Shown: positions 1-12,862, numbered from the stretch's first letter. The stretch: DNA of 64,000 bases from Octopus bimaculoides (GCF_001194135.2 NC_068983.1:80747652-80811651); one strand, 5' to 3'. The notes: generated by a model from the sequence alone, not told the origin. Program-made: numbers and translations.

Positions 1-31
1 TATATATATATCCTCTATAATAATAACTACT

Positions 32-489
32 GTGTTACTTAACTCTTTGGGTCCTCCTGGAATGCTTTCTCACAAATTGATACTGAAGAAAGGAGTTCCA
101 ATCATGCTTTTCAGAAATCTGGATCCCCCAAAGCTGTGCAATGGAATGAGACTGATTGTCAGTCAAATGCATCCACATCTTTTGGAAGCAACATTCCTAG
201 CTGGACAAGGAAAGGGAGAAAATGTGTTTATTTCAAGAATTCCACTGATTCCAGGAGACATGCGTTTGAATTCAAGACTTCAGTTTCCAGTAAGAGTTAG
301 TTTGCAATGTCAACTAACAAGAGTCAATCTCATTCACTCGAAATTGTTGGACTTCACCTCATGCACCAGTGCTTTTCTCATGGTCAGGTCTATGTTGGTT
401 GTTCCAGGGTTGGAAATGGCAACAATCTCTTCATATTCACACCAAATGATAAAATCAAGAATATCGTTTATCCTGCTGCTTTACAGTGA
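32..489 (+). pseudogene. Helitron PIF1-like helicase, C-terminal remnant (frameshifted)
   Basis: The ORF track gives [36 protein letters not shown]...SRIPLIP...RLQFPVR. A second frame continues FAMSTNKSQ...[13 protein letters not shown]...[10 protein letters not shown]. These are the PIF1/Helitron helicase C-terminal motifs. The window starts inside the element. Confidence 0.9.
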
Positions 490-600
490 TCTCCAAATGT
501 CACAGTGATACAAAATTCTCCAAATGTGATACTCTGTGATATAAATCTGAGATGATAAGAAACCAATAAATGCTCTATTATTATTTCTCTNNNNNNNNNN

Positions 601-644
<44 letters not shown>

Positions 645-650
<6 letters not shown>

Positions 651-875
651 GGCTTTGTGTCTGTGTTTGTCTCCACCACTACCAGCACCACCACCACCAC
701 TTGATAACTGGTACTGGTGTGTTTATGTTCATGTGACTTAGCAGTTTGGTAAAAGAGGCCAATAAGAAATACACCAGGTATAAAAAAGAAAGAACTGGTG
801 TTGATTGGTTCAATTAAAATTCTTCAAGGTGGTGCCCCATTGTTGCTGCAGTCTGATGACTGAAAAAGATAAAAG
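645..875 (+). mobile_element. 3' half of CORE-like SINE (a second piece lies at ~1155-1290)
   Basis: Matches the 3' half of the fuller copies at 26955-27408 and 49629-50040 (ttgacaac.ggtgtt...aataagtacc...cagtc.aatgactgaaac...aaaaga tail). Confidence 0.65.
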
Positions 876-1429
876 AACCACTAAATTCCTTAGTAAGACT
901 TTAAGCTAAGGGAGGTAATTCGTGTTCACCTATCTCAGTAAAACTATGGCTCTGAAACCTCTCGTGGTTGCTTATCTACTAGAAATAGCGACCCAAATGC
1001 TTTAAACCAGATTCTAATGCTGGATATTGAAGAACCAAATGAAGGGAAGATTTTCAATCTCGGATCATCCTGATTCCAAAAAGGTATAATATGTCTATGT
1101 AGACTGAGTTACAAGGGTCTCAGATGGACAGACAGAATTTTGCTTTTATTAATATAGATGTACCTTTGTGTTTGTCCTCACCATCTCACCACTTGGCAAC
1201 TGGTGTTGATTTGTTTACATCTCCCTTCAAGACAGTGCTCCTGAAGGATCTAGTCCAATGACTGAAACAATAAAAAGATAAAAGATTTAAAGATGATAAT
1301 TTTCCAGAGTAAATCTGAGTACAGAAACTCCATGGTAATAGAGCTTCAGCACTTAGATGATTAACTGGAAGTGCTAAGCTAAATAAGTTATTTTGCTGGT
1401 CATGGTTGTTATTTATTTAAAAAAAAAAC

Positions 1430-3115
1430 AAAAACAATTTGGAATTATAAAGGTTACTATGATTTAAATAAACTACATATGGCTAGAATATTCTAATCGA
1501 CATATTAAATCCTTGATAAACCTTAAAACATTTGGGAATGTTTGCATAGAGTTACAGTTAGCTGTGCCAAGGAAATAATAATTGTGGGAATTATACAAAA
1601 CTCATATATTTAATCAGTAAATTTGATGAAAAATTAGCAACCCATCTTGATACAGTCTCTGTTTTCTCAGCTCCCTCAAACAGAATTCAAACTGAATTGA
1701 TCAATGTAGCTCAAAAGATTACATCAAATGAAATAGAAATTGAACTTAAACAGGCTAACTTTGTAGCGATTCTTGTAGATGAAATGTATGACGTATCAAG
1801 CTATTCACAACTGTCAACTGTTTTGTGTTATATTACAAAAGATTGAGTCATTAAAGAATGGTTTACTGGTTTTAATGATGTTAGTACAAATCATTCAGTA
1901 AATGCTTTATCTGAACGTTTTCAAATGCAATGAAATGTGTGTGAAACAAATTAACTGCACAATGGCAGGACATTTAAACAGGTTGCAGTCAAAGGTAAGA
2001 GAGAAATATGAATATGCGGTATTTCTTCTTTGCTCTGCTCGTATTCAAAATGTTGTTCTTTCAAAAGTATGCTCTGCTTTAAAAGTATGTAGGATAACTT
2101 TTCTACAATAAATGAACTGGATATGTTTTTATGAAATCACCCAAAAGGGCCAATGCATTAGACAATATTGATTAAAAAGATTTTTCAAAGCAACAGTAAC
2201 TACATGGAATTACTCCTACTGTCTTATTATTATTACAAAAGACAATTGTAATCTTTTAATCAGTTCTTTTGAAGACATCATTGCAAATTCTGAAGCATGG
2301 GATGAGACCACAATAAATTCTACAATTGGATTCTTATATAATTTTAAAAATCTCAATTTCTTATTTTTATTAGTAGTATTTAATGACATATTTTCTTTCA
2401 CTGATGTCTTATTTAACATCCTTCAGACAAAAGGTCATGACATTGTAAAGAGCAAATGGATGAAAACTAGAACTGTGCTTGAAAATAAACTCAACGATTT
2501 TCCAATATTTTATCAAATGTTAGGAGAAAAACATGGAATCAATACAATCCAAATTAAGAGATCCATGAATAAAACTATTGATCCCTAACAACATTATAGA
2601 ATGCTCTACAACAAAAATATTGGCACAACAGTTGACCAATTAAAAATGCAATATTCATCCTCAGAAGAACTTAAATTCATTGAACTTTTCAATTTCAGCA
2701 AAGCTGAAGAACATAGCAAAAAATGTCCAGTGGATACTTTAAATTCTTTAAAAACCACTTTTTGTTTTATATAATTTGATTACAGAGTGAACTAAATGTT
2801 ATGTATTCAAGGGAAGATTTTAAAAAGCTAAGTGTAATTTATTGCATTACATTTACATCAATGATTTTACTGAAGCTATGCCAGAACTTTCCAGTCTTGC
2901 AATTTAATTTTGACAATTTCTTCTATGACTGCTTCTCTAGAGTGGCTCTTTTCTGCATTGAAGAGAATTAAAGCTTCTTAAAGAAATATGATAGAGAAAA
3001 GACATTCTGGATTGGCTCTTACCTCAGTTGAAAATGTTTTACTGATTAAAACAGATTTTTATGAGAATGTAATAAACATATTTACCCTGTAGATCAAAGA
3101 ATTGAATTAATTTAG
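1430..3115 (+). pseudogene. Degenerate hAT transposase (ZMYM1/Tip100-like)
   Basis: Hand translation gives GNYTKLIYLISKFDEKLATHL...SNRIQTELI...FVAILVDEMYDVSSYSQLSTVLCY (catalytic region, ~1585-1840). It also gives LTISSMTASLEWLFSALKRIK (hAT dimerisation domain, ~2905-2980). Many stops and frameshifts are present. Confidence 0.85.
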
Positions 3116-3269
3116 AAATGAGATACATAAATAATAGCTTTCTTGTATGTCTTTTTAAAAATCTGTTCATGTATTAAACAGTGGTGCCCCGCCACCATGG
3201 CCATGTTACAAAACTAAATTGATTCTGTTAAAAAATTTCACAAAACTTTTCAGCTCAACTTGGAGCTAT

Positions 3270-3428
3270 TCTAGCAGCATTACAGGCTCCTGGGCAAATC
3301 AGTGAACTGGGTCCTATAATATTTAGTTACTGACAGTCAGCCACTGCGTGCATAGATCAGAATTGGGCCCATAGGCCTATTTGACCCCTGGGCAACTACC
3401 CTGTGTGCCATGCCTTAAGATGGCACTA
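3270..3428 (+). mobile_element. Putative 3' subterminal region/TIR of the hAT element
   Basis: GC-rich gggccc/cccctgggca motifs end in ...gccatgccttaagatggcacta about 300 bp after the transposase, as expected for a hAT end. No matching left TIR was found. Confidence 0.4.
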
Positions 3429-4379
3429 ACTCAATCAAAAACCATTTATTGCATGACAAACGTCAAAACGTATGACACACAGACACACAGCATAGGCTAG
3501 ATGGTTTGTGAGTAGTTGGCAAGCCAGAAGACTGCACCATACCTCACTGCCTGCTTTGGCATGGCTTTTACAACTGGATGCTCATATATATATATAGCAG
3601 TTCCATATATATATATAACGTGAGAGAGTTAGGGGTTGGGGGTTCAACCCATTAAGGGATAGTATCTATCCAGTATACTGCTGGGAGGGTACCCAATTAT
3701 TTCTACACTAGTACTATACTAGGTGCAATCAATGGGAGCGAGTAAAAGTGGAGGTTTTACCCAAAATTTGTACAACAATTAGAAAATGGAGGATAATATG
3801 CTGAACCCAACTACTTGCAGACGGTGTATCCCGTTGAATTCATTAATTTAATTCATAGCAAAAGTGACAAAAAAAGAAAGAAAAAGAAAGAAAGAACCAA
3901 AGCACAGGTGTCTATGGCAGACTATGTTATTTTGCCAACCTGGTTTACATATAGAAGTACAAAGTACATAAGGAATTAGAGGATGAACAGAAGTTTAATN
4001 NNNNNNNNNAGGGTTTCATACAAATGTAGAGCAAGACGTAAAAACAGAGGTGTGGTAGAGACCAGAAGAAAAACAACAGCAAAAATAAGATAGAAATAAA
4101 AATAAAAATAGAATTAAAGTCAAAATTAAAATAAAAATAGAAATAAAAATAAAAATAAGGGTACAGCAGGAAAAAAAAAAAAAAATAATAAAGAATACAT
4201 AAATGAAAAATGAAGGTATAGCATGTGGGACATGCAAAAATATAAAAAAGATATATGTCAAAAAACCCTTAAAAATACAAGGCACACAAAGAGCCTACAA
4301 ACATTATAGATAGGTAACTATAGACACTCCAATGCATATATATATGTGTGGGTTCGTGTGCATAGCCTTACTCGGATGT

Positions 4380-4916
4380 CCCCTTACTCCCATGTGTGCA
4401 TATACAAGTTTTTATAAGCAAACATTCCACCACATACGTTGTTTGTGGCATCAGCTCTATCAGCTCTATTCTGGCTTTGCATAATAAATGCTTTGCCTTC
4501 ATCAGTGGAATACACTCAGAAAAGCACATTAAACTTGTCGTGTGCATACGTGCATATATATGTATGTATACGTTCGTATATGTGAGTATATTGCATGTTT
4601 ATATATATATATTTGTATTTATGTGCTTTTCTGAGTGTATTCCACTGATGAAGGCAAAGCATTTATTATGCAAAGTCAGAAATCCGGGATCTGGAATTAT
4701 CCAGTATTTTTGCTAGTTTATTTTACCTTCGTCTTCGCTCTTTGTGCTATATGAACATTTATTGTGGTTTAGAGTCAAGATTTGACTGTTATTTTCAGCG
4801 TGGTGGTATCTCTTTGATACCCTATATTATAATTTTAAATAATTGTTACCTTTGATGGTTTTTATTCCCATGCTGGCCACTTGATAAAATCAATATTTTA
4901 AATATCGATCTTATCC

Positions 4917-4964
<48 letters not shown>

Positions 4965-5130
4965 AACTGCTAACCCCGCCGCATTTTTTATTCTCTCTCC
5001 ATTTTTCCCCCTCTCTCTTCCCTTTCTTTTGAGGAGTGTAGGGTTGAAACAAAAGACTTTTCCTTTTTTCCAAAGTGTCAAACTAATACACTTGCTTGTT
5101 GTTCCCTCACCTGTCTCTCACATTTGTTTT
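4380..5130 (+). mobile_element. Penelope-like retroelement end/pLTR remnant
   Basis: Contains an inverted 61-bp duplication, a CTGATGA...GAAA hammerhead core and a second decayed ga.gag.gtagg.t.gaaac motif. No RT or GIY-YIG ORF is visible. Confidence 0.45.
4639..4697 (+). ncRNA. Minimal type I hammerhead ribozyme-like motif
   Basis: Stem I ATTCCA (4639-44) pairs with TGGAAT (4692-97). Core CTGATGA is at 4645-51. Stem II is GGC/GTC plus GCAT/ATGC. GAAA is at 4679-82. The short self-complementary stem III is ATCC-g-GGAT. The NUH triplet is ATC, with cleavage predicted after C4691. An A-A apposition at 10.1/11.1 is non-canonical. Confidence 0.65.
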
Positions 5131-5134
5131 TAGT

Positions 5135-5165
<31 letters not shown>

Positions 5166-6739
5166 TGTATGTATATATATATATATATATATATATAGTG
5201 AAGTGAGAGTTAAGATACTTAATGTAATGAACCAAAAATAATTTCTACCATAGGCACAAGGACCAAAACTTGGGGAAGGGAATATGTGATAATATCAGTT
5301 CTGGTCCTTGGCTGGTACTTAATTTTATCATATCAAGAAAGATGAAAGGCAAAGCTAACTCCAACAGAATTTGAACTTGTAATGTAAGAACAAATACAGT
5401 AAGGAATTTTGTTCAATACCCTAATGAGTCTACCAAAACTGTAATGATTTTTGAAATTCATAGTAATGCATTAAATGTAGGTTATTCACTATGCAGTCTC
5501 ATTAGTAATAACTAATAATCACTTTTCTGCCCAGGAGCTTAGCCTGGTCATTCTTTTATGAGAAGCAGGATTATTGGTAGTTGTTTGCTTTTTATGTGAG
5601 ATAAATCTGTTTCAAATTAGCCTGTAAGAATATTAAAGAGAATTTTATGTAATGTTTTCTGCCACATAAGACAAGAGCTGCAATTAGCTGTGTCTATTGG
5701 TTTTTGTTTCCTGGTTAACAAGTCAACAATCTAGGATCAGCGATTTATATTCTTCCATGTATATTGTTCAGCTGCCTGTTGATAAGTGACGTGTGAAAGT
5801 ATAATACAAAGTTATGTTAAAAAAGAAAAGAAGACCACTTTATAATTAATGAGTGTTTTGATATTTTTCCAAGCAAATCACAAGCTCTTCGATAAGTTAG
5901 GGTGGACATAGAAACCTTTTTCTAGTTGTAGATCATATATGACATTGCTCATAATTGGGAACATATTGCATACATATGTTACTCCTCTGAATTTTGATTG
6001 AGAGGAAGTATGTGTGAATGATAGAGAGAGAGAGAGAGAGAGAGAGAGGGGGTGGAGGGAAAGAGGGGAGGGAGAGAATGAGAAAGAGGGTGAGAAATAA
6101 AATTGTTCAAATTGACAGATCTAAAGCTTATGTTACAAAATTTTAGTAAAATGTAATTATGTTTCCGTAACCATGATTTCACACATGCCATATAAAAAGT
6201 TATAAAAGACTGCATGCAGCCCAGGTGCTAAGGGCCGCTTATATCTAGCTTAGGGTGCAGATTGGAAGGAAATTGTCTAGTGGCTCTTAACCATGTGGTC
6301 CCAAGATTTTGATCCAGCAAAGAAATACACTTCTGATATATATATTCTTATTTTTAACTATAAATTTGAGCAAAATGTGATCTGATTGAGCTTACTTAGC
6401 TAACAGTATGTGTCAACTATGATATGATTAATGTCACAGTCTTGTATCATAATAGTTTATTTAAAGTAGTACACAAAAATTGCATAACTGACATACCAAA
6501 TATTTGTCATTGACAACCTTTTAGTTGATGTTGTCCTCTAAGCAACTTACGTTCAAATTGTAGTTTAATCAATGTCAAGCATAAATTTCTTTGTTTTGTG
6601 ATTCTAAGCATCTTTTGCTTCTTGCATAACAATTCAATAACTTCACAGAATACAGATTCAATGAAATATGTTGGTGAAAATAGCAGAACAAATTTTGGTA
6701 GTTTTTGTGAGTAAAGGCTATTTGCATGCAATTTCTTCA

Positions 6740-6960
6740 GAAATGGAATATTGGTTTCAAATTTTGATGCAAGGCTAGCAATTTTGTGGAACAGGTTAAG
6801 TGAATAACATCGACCCCAGTGTTCAACTGGTACTTATTTTATTTGATCCCCAAAATATAAAAGACTAAGTCAACCTCAGTGGAATTTGAACCCAGAATGT
6901 AAAAATGAATGAAATGCCGCTAAGCATTTTGCCCAGTAAACTAGCAATTCTGCCAGCTGA
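6740..6960 (-). mobile_element. tRNA-derived SINE (Meta-domain-like family), diverged
   Basis: Reverse complement matches the 47233-47465 copy (gctggcagaa...gttcaaattcc.c.gagg...gac ttt...aagtaccag...ctggggtcgat). Another diverged copy lies at ~5240-5445. Confidence 0.75.
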
Positions 6961-7689
6961 TACCTATATAGAAATATTAGGATTCAATGTAATACTTTGA
7001 CAAATTCACCATTTTTCAAAGCTCTGATACCTCCCCCTCCATCTGAAACTCTGCTGCTACATCAAAGAGATTACAAAGAAAATGTCATGTATATCATGAA
7101 AGAAAGGAAAGATTAACTAAATCAATGAACAATTTTTGAGGGACATCTTCAGATAGGTGATTGCAAATTATTATGACAAGATCTTACTGTGCATTAGAAC
7201 ACTGTCATAGACAAAAGAAGTAAGCAAATTACAGCACTGAACCATTGTATGAGGCACAGAAAGTATTTCTGTGAAACCCAAAATTTTCACCTTTACATTA
7301 AGGGATATTTTGCAGCCATTTATTGAAAATATTGTATTTACCAAAAATATGACCTAAGTAGCTGACAATGATTTAATGTGAAGAAAATAGCTAAAGCAGT
7401 GGATGTAATTTCCTTTAGGCAATTGATGGATGACGCTATAATTAATAACGGGCAATAATTTTCATAGCTCTCCTCATATTAGTAAAACAAAGGGGGATTT
7501 GTTCTTTGAATATCCCTTAATGATATTGATATAAGACACTAAGAGCATGTATCAATGGCATTTTTACATCATGTGGCTACATGTATCAATGGTATGTATC
7601 AATGTCACATGTATTATATGTAGCATTGTAGAGGTTCCACTTGTATCATATATGTATGTATGAATATAATAATGATTGCTGACCTTATT

Positions 7690-8260
7690 TCATTTAATTA
7701 TACATAGAACTTCATAGCAACCAAACTTTCTATCCTGTATCATGTAATGTATATAGATCAATTATGGATTGCCATCTTTCATTAACTTCAAACTGCTCAT
7801 ATGCTTATCAATCACAATGGATGCCTGATTGCAGATGCAACTACAAAGCTGAAATTGGTCTTCATTTCTTTGAAGTATTCCTGGATAATGGTATAGATGT
7901 TTTCAACACAATTTATTATTACTAGACTTCTACAAAATAGTAACTTGTCTACCAGTTTATCATAGTCAATGGATCAAACGTACACCTGATGTATAGCTCG
8001 ACCATCATTCACTTTCAATTCATCAAGCTGGAGAGCAAAATACCAGTTACCTGGTTTCTTAGCTAGTTCATTGACTTCATCCAATATAATATGCTACTTT
8101 ATCTATGCTGCCACAAATGGTATCATTATTCAATGGAAGACTCCTTTTTGATGTATCTCCATACTGCAAAACAATTTTTATAAAAGAGCAGATAACTGGT
8201 TTCAGTAAAATATTATTTATAGAATGTAGCTTTCCAACTTTACCTATTATTAATAATTAT
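7690..8260 (-). pseudogene. Degenerate hAT (Charlie/SCAND3/ZBED5-like) transposase fragment
   Basis: Minus-strand translation gives SLPLNNDTICGSID...YFALQLDE, later IIQEYFKE...NP*LIYIHYMI. These match the Charlie-type motifs xPLSNxTVxRRI, FALQLDES and HCxIHRxxL. Confidence 0.7.
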
Positions 8261-10397
8261 TCATAGCTGGCAATCAGTGTCAAATATTATATATAGACAT
8301 AGTGGTGAACATACCAGTAATTGTCTTGTAACTATTGTGTTTCTGCTGTAATATTGACAAATCTTGATCTTGCTGGAGGAAGCCATTACAAAATAAGGGA
8401 TTTATAATAGAGTATAGTATTTAGTAGACAAAATATGATGGTGAAATATTAAGGAACTAGTCTAAAATATAATTTAACAAAACGTGACTAGCTATGTTTA
8501 CAAGCATGCTGGTGTATAATTCATTAAAATATTCCTTTCACAGCATACAATCAAAATAGTTTAAATATTGTCATGGTACATTAAACACATTTACATGAGC
8601 ACGTACAAAACAAACATTATAAACCAGTGGGTTTTTGCTTCTTTTGTCAGTATACAGTTGCCCATGCTATATGCCTTTTAAACTGTCATCATTATGATCA
8701 AATGAATCCTGGTGTGAGTATTAACATGATGTGGAGCCATATTGAATGGCAGACAAAACTATAATAATATAACACTTAAAACACAATGCAGCTTGAGAAT
8801 CATCTCTATCTGCATATGTGTTGTGTACTATTACATGTATAAGAAGACAGTATATAACCCAAACCATCTGTTTGCTCTCTCTCTGTTCTATTAACTGCTA
8901 ACTATGATCAAATATGATGGTAAGAAATACAGCACTGCAAGACATATATAAACAGACACATTAATACATTATGCAATGAAGGGCAACTTCATGGGCAGCT
9001 GGTGAATTGTTCCATACCTGCATTTGTACAGTTATGTGGGTGAGCAGACACTGTATAGACCTCATCACCTATTTGTTCTATATAACCACTGTCAGCTAGT
9101 TGCCATAGTCAGTTACCTCTGGCCACAACTGGCCATGGGTACCATATCTTAAAAAGATTTTAAAGGTAGCATACAACTTGATGACTTTGGTTTGTAACAA
9201 CTTTTCTTTTCATGGTTAATCAATATTTTTGAATGTATATTATGAAAATATTGCTTATCATTTTTAGCTTATATACCCCCACTGGCAACCTTTTCTTCTA
9301 AATGTCCTTGGAAATGCAAATTACTCCCTAGTGGAGCACACATCCTCAGACTAAAAATTACTGGAAGCAACTCTGCCTGTCAGGCTTAATATGATATCTG
9401 AAAAAAAATGTTAGTTGTAATTCACCAACCAATGGAATGAGGGACCTACGATATTAAGTGTTTTTTTACCAATCAAATATTTAGTAATGAAATATTGATG
9501 CATAGAGAAAAAAGCGGAAGAGCCAAAAATAAATAAATAAATGAAAAAAGAGATATCAAGATTAATGAAATCCTAGAATCACTATATCTCATTAAAGCTG
9601 TACATTTTATAGCTAATTAAAATATGTGTAGAAATATAAAATCTCTACAAGATGTTATGTAATAGTTAAAATTATCTTTAGTACTTCTTATATATCTAAA
9701 GGCAATTTTGAAGAGAGCCATTATGTAACAACTAAAGCATTATTTTTTTTTTCCTGTCATATTATTACTATGCACTAACTTAGCATTTGTTATTTTGTGC
9801 TAAATGTACAACAAATCATTTGCTGTCGAATGTTAAATTTTTGTTTCAGTTTTCTTAATATTGCCTGCAGCTATGAATTATGACATGAATCATTTGTTAT
9901 GTTTCAATTTAACACTATGTTTTGATTTCACGGCGTCTTCTTATGGGATTATCTTGAAGCAAAACCTCTATCATACATTATTCAAATTGAGCTATATCTC
10001 ATTAGCTTTTATGCTGATTCTAAGTTTTGAATTTCTATATGATGAGAGCATGAGTATTTATGTATAATATCTTTCAACACATAGACACACGTATATACTC
10101 ACACATGGACGCACAGATTTTTATAATAGCTATATTTTCCTTTGAAAAACTAACACACATGTTTTTATAAGTTACCAAATAAAATTTGGGAACATATTGC
10201 ATACATCGTTTATAAATAAATGTTTTCCTTTAAGAAATTACCAGATTCTACTAAATTAGAAATATCCATTCTCTTTTTAGTTTATATTACCATCAGAAAT
10301 ACATTCATAAAGGATAATTAGTGAAATAATGCATTCTATGAAACAAATGATGCCAGAGGAGGAAATAGACACTGAATAGAAATAGCAATAAATTTAC

Positions 10398-10474
10398 CTG
10401 AAAATATCTTCATATCTTATAAAACGCAGATTGCTTTTTATCTTGCATCCATCTTCAGATAGAAATATATCTTG
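10398..10474 (-). CDS. Candidate 77-nt internal exon, unknown protein (QDIFLSEDGCKIKSNLRFIRYEDIF)
   Basis: Acceptor ctttcttttaaag and donor CAG|gtaaat. Only one frame is open. No homology recognised. Confidence 0.2.
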
Positions 10475-12314
10475 CTTTAAAAGAAAGTTTACAGTTGCTT
10501 GAAGTAAATTAAGTGTCTGTTTTAAAACCTTATAGTCCTAGCCATTTGTAAACTAAAAGCTTAGGCTTACCATCTCAGTAAATTAGATTTCAGCTTTGAG
10601 TAGATAGTAAATTTTTATAATTATCATGAATCAGAATTTTGTAATTCATAAAGGCAACCAAATAAATAAAGAATAATTTAGTTGATGAGACTGAATTAGA
10701 ATATGACACACTATATTTTACAACAAATGCTTCCTCAGTTAATAATTTGTTTCAACTGATTCTATTTAAATCACACTTATGAATTTGTAATTTATCTGGA
10801 AAGACATTAAGAAACACAGAGCCACAGTTTACAGAATGTAGTTTACACAATTTACAGTATCTAGTCTATGCAACACATACACACATATTACATGTAAAGG
10901 CTTAAATTAACATATACTTGACTTCAGCAAATTTTGATCTGTTACAATCATTCAGTCCAGATATCTAGTATGTAGACATCTCACTCTTTTGATCTGCTAG
11001 TTCCTACCGATGCATTCAGTGGGTGAAAAATGGGCAACATTCTTAACAGTGGTGGCCTACCATTAAAAAAAAAACAAACAAGCATTAAAATTGGGAAGAT
11101 GAGACTGCTGTATTACATTGGAACAGAGTTTTCTACTGCCAGATGCCCTTTCTGTTGTTGACGCCTACTTGTTTCAAGGTAGGGTAATAATCTCTCAGTC
11201 TATTGAAAAACAAATAGCTCAGACATGTTTGTAGAGAACTAGAAACAAATCACTATATGAAAAATCTTTGTTTACAAAGTCCACAAGACATGTCAGGAAG
11301 TCTGGATGTACTTTTGTGGTGAACCACAAGCAAATATTACTGTTACCAATGCCATTATGTACACTCAGAGAATGAAACATAGATGAGGAAATATAAAACA
11401 GACTAATAGGAAGACATGGACTGAGATCCCTGTTGACAGGACCTGATATTAAATTAAGGTGTATGCAAATTAGTAGCTCCATTTCTCTGTAGCTACTGGA
11501 TCTGTTGAGTATAGAAACAAATTGGCTGGTTGTTTTTCAGAGATTGGACAAATTGATGAAGGCACCAATAAGGTTCAAAAAGCAAATAAGGTTGTTTATT
11601 GCTTTTCCAATGACTGGAAAATCTACCCTGTTTATTTATATATCTACTTACTCATATCTATTATATAAAATAGATCTGTGTGTGTGTATTCACTTTTCAC
11701 ACGAAAACAGCTAAGTGAATTGGTTCCATACTTGGGCTGCATGAATAATTTGACCTCAGATACATAATAGGGTCTTCATTTATTTTTTTTTATTAAAACT
11801 AAATAAAATAAATAATATTGCTTTATATATATATGATTCATTTCTTTAAAAAGGATTTTCAATGCCAACTCCTGGTAGTGACATAGCAATAGGTTTTTCA
11901 GTGTTTACTTCCGGTATTGATATAACACCTACCATTACCTAGATATGCATATGTATGTATAACCACTTCTATTTTATTTCAGAACCTGTGTTCTCGAGTA
12001 TTAAAAGTATTACTTTCTGAGAAATACACTAATCTTATACTTCAAGCAAACAGTACTGTGTTAAAGCTATGAGTTTATAACCTGAGTGAAACCAAGTCCT
12101 TCTGCTTGCTATATATAATTATATATATGTTAAATAAAATGAGACAACAAAACCAAAGGTGTGTGGAATTTATAGGATGTTTATAAAGAGAAAGGTAGTC
12201 TTATAGCTGTTTCTGGGATATTAGGGATATCTCTTCATCAGAGACGATATGAGAGAGTTAACTAGAAGGAAATAGAGTTCAATATAAAGAGGTATATATA
12301 CATGCAAACACATA

Positions 12315-12376
<62 letters not shown>

Positions 12377-12803
12377 TGCAAACACATATATGTGTGTGTG
12401 TGTGTGTGCGCGCACATATATATTTGTACACATATCACTGTATTGACTAGACTATCAGGTGTTGTTAACACTGCTATTCACAGTGTACTTCCTCCCATTG
12501 TTGTATCTTTCAAATGACGACACCCCACTGGTTATGCTGACAGGTCTATGGTGTATAGGTGACCAGGCTCAGGGCTTTCCTCCTGAATAGCATGCCAGTC
12601 ATTTGCATTTGAGTGGACTGGAGCAACATGAAATGGAATGTTTCATTCAAGAACACACTGCACCTCCCAATGTGAGATTTGAAACCATAACCTTACAATT
12701 TTAAGTGCAACACCCTAATCACTATATCCCTGTATCATGTATACATTCATGATGAAAAAATAATAATAATATCTGTGAGAGGATGGGGATGTTTGGGTGT
12801 GTA

Positions 12804-12862
<59 letters not shown>

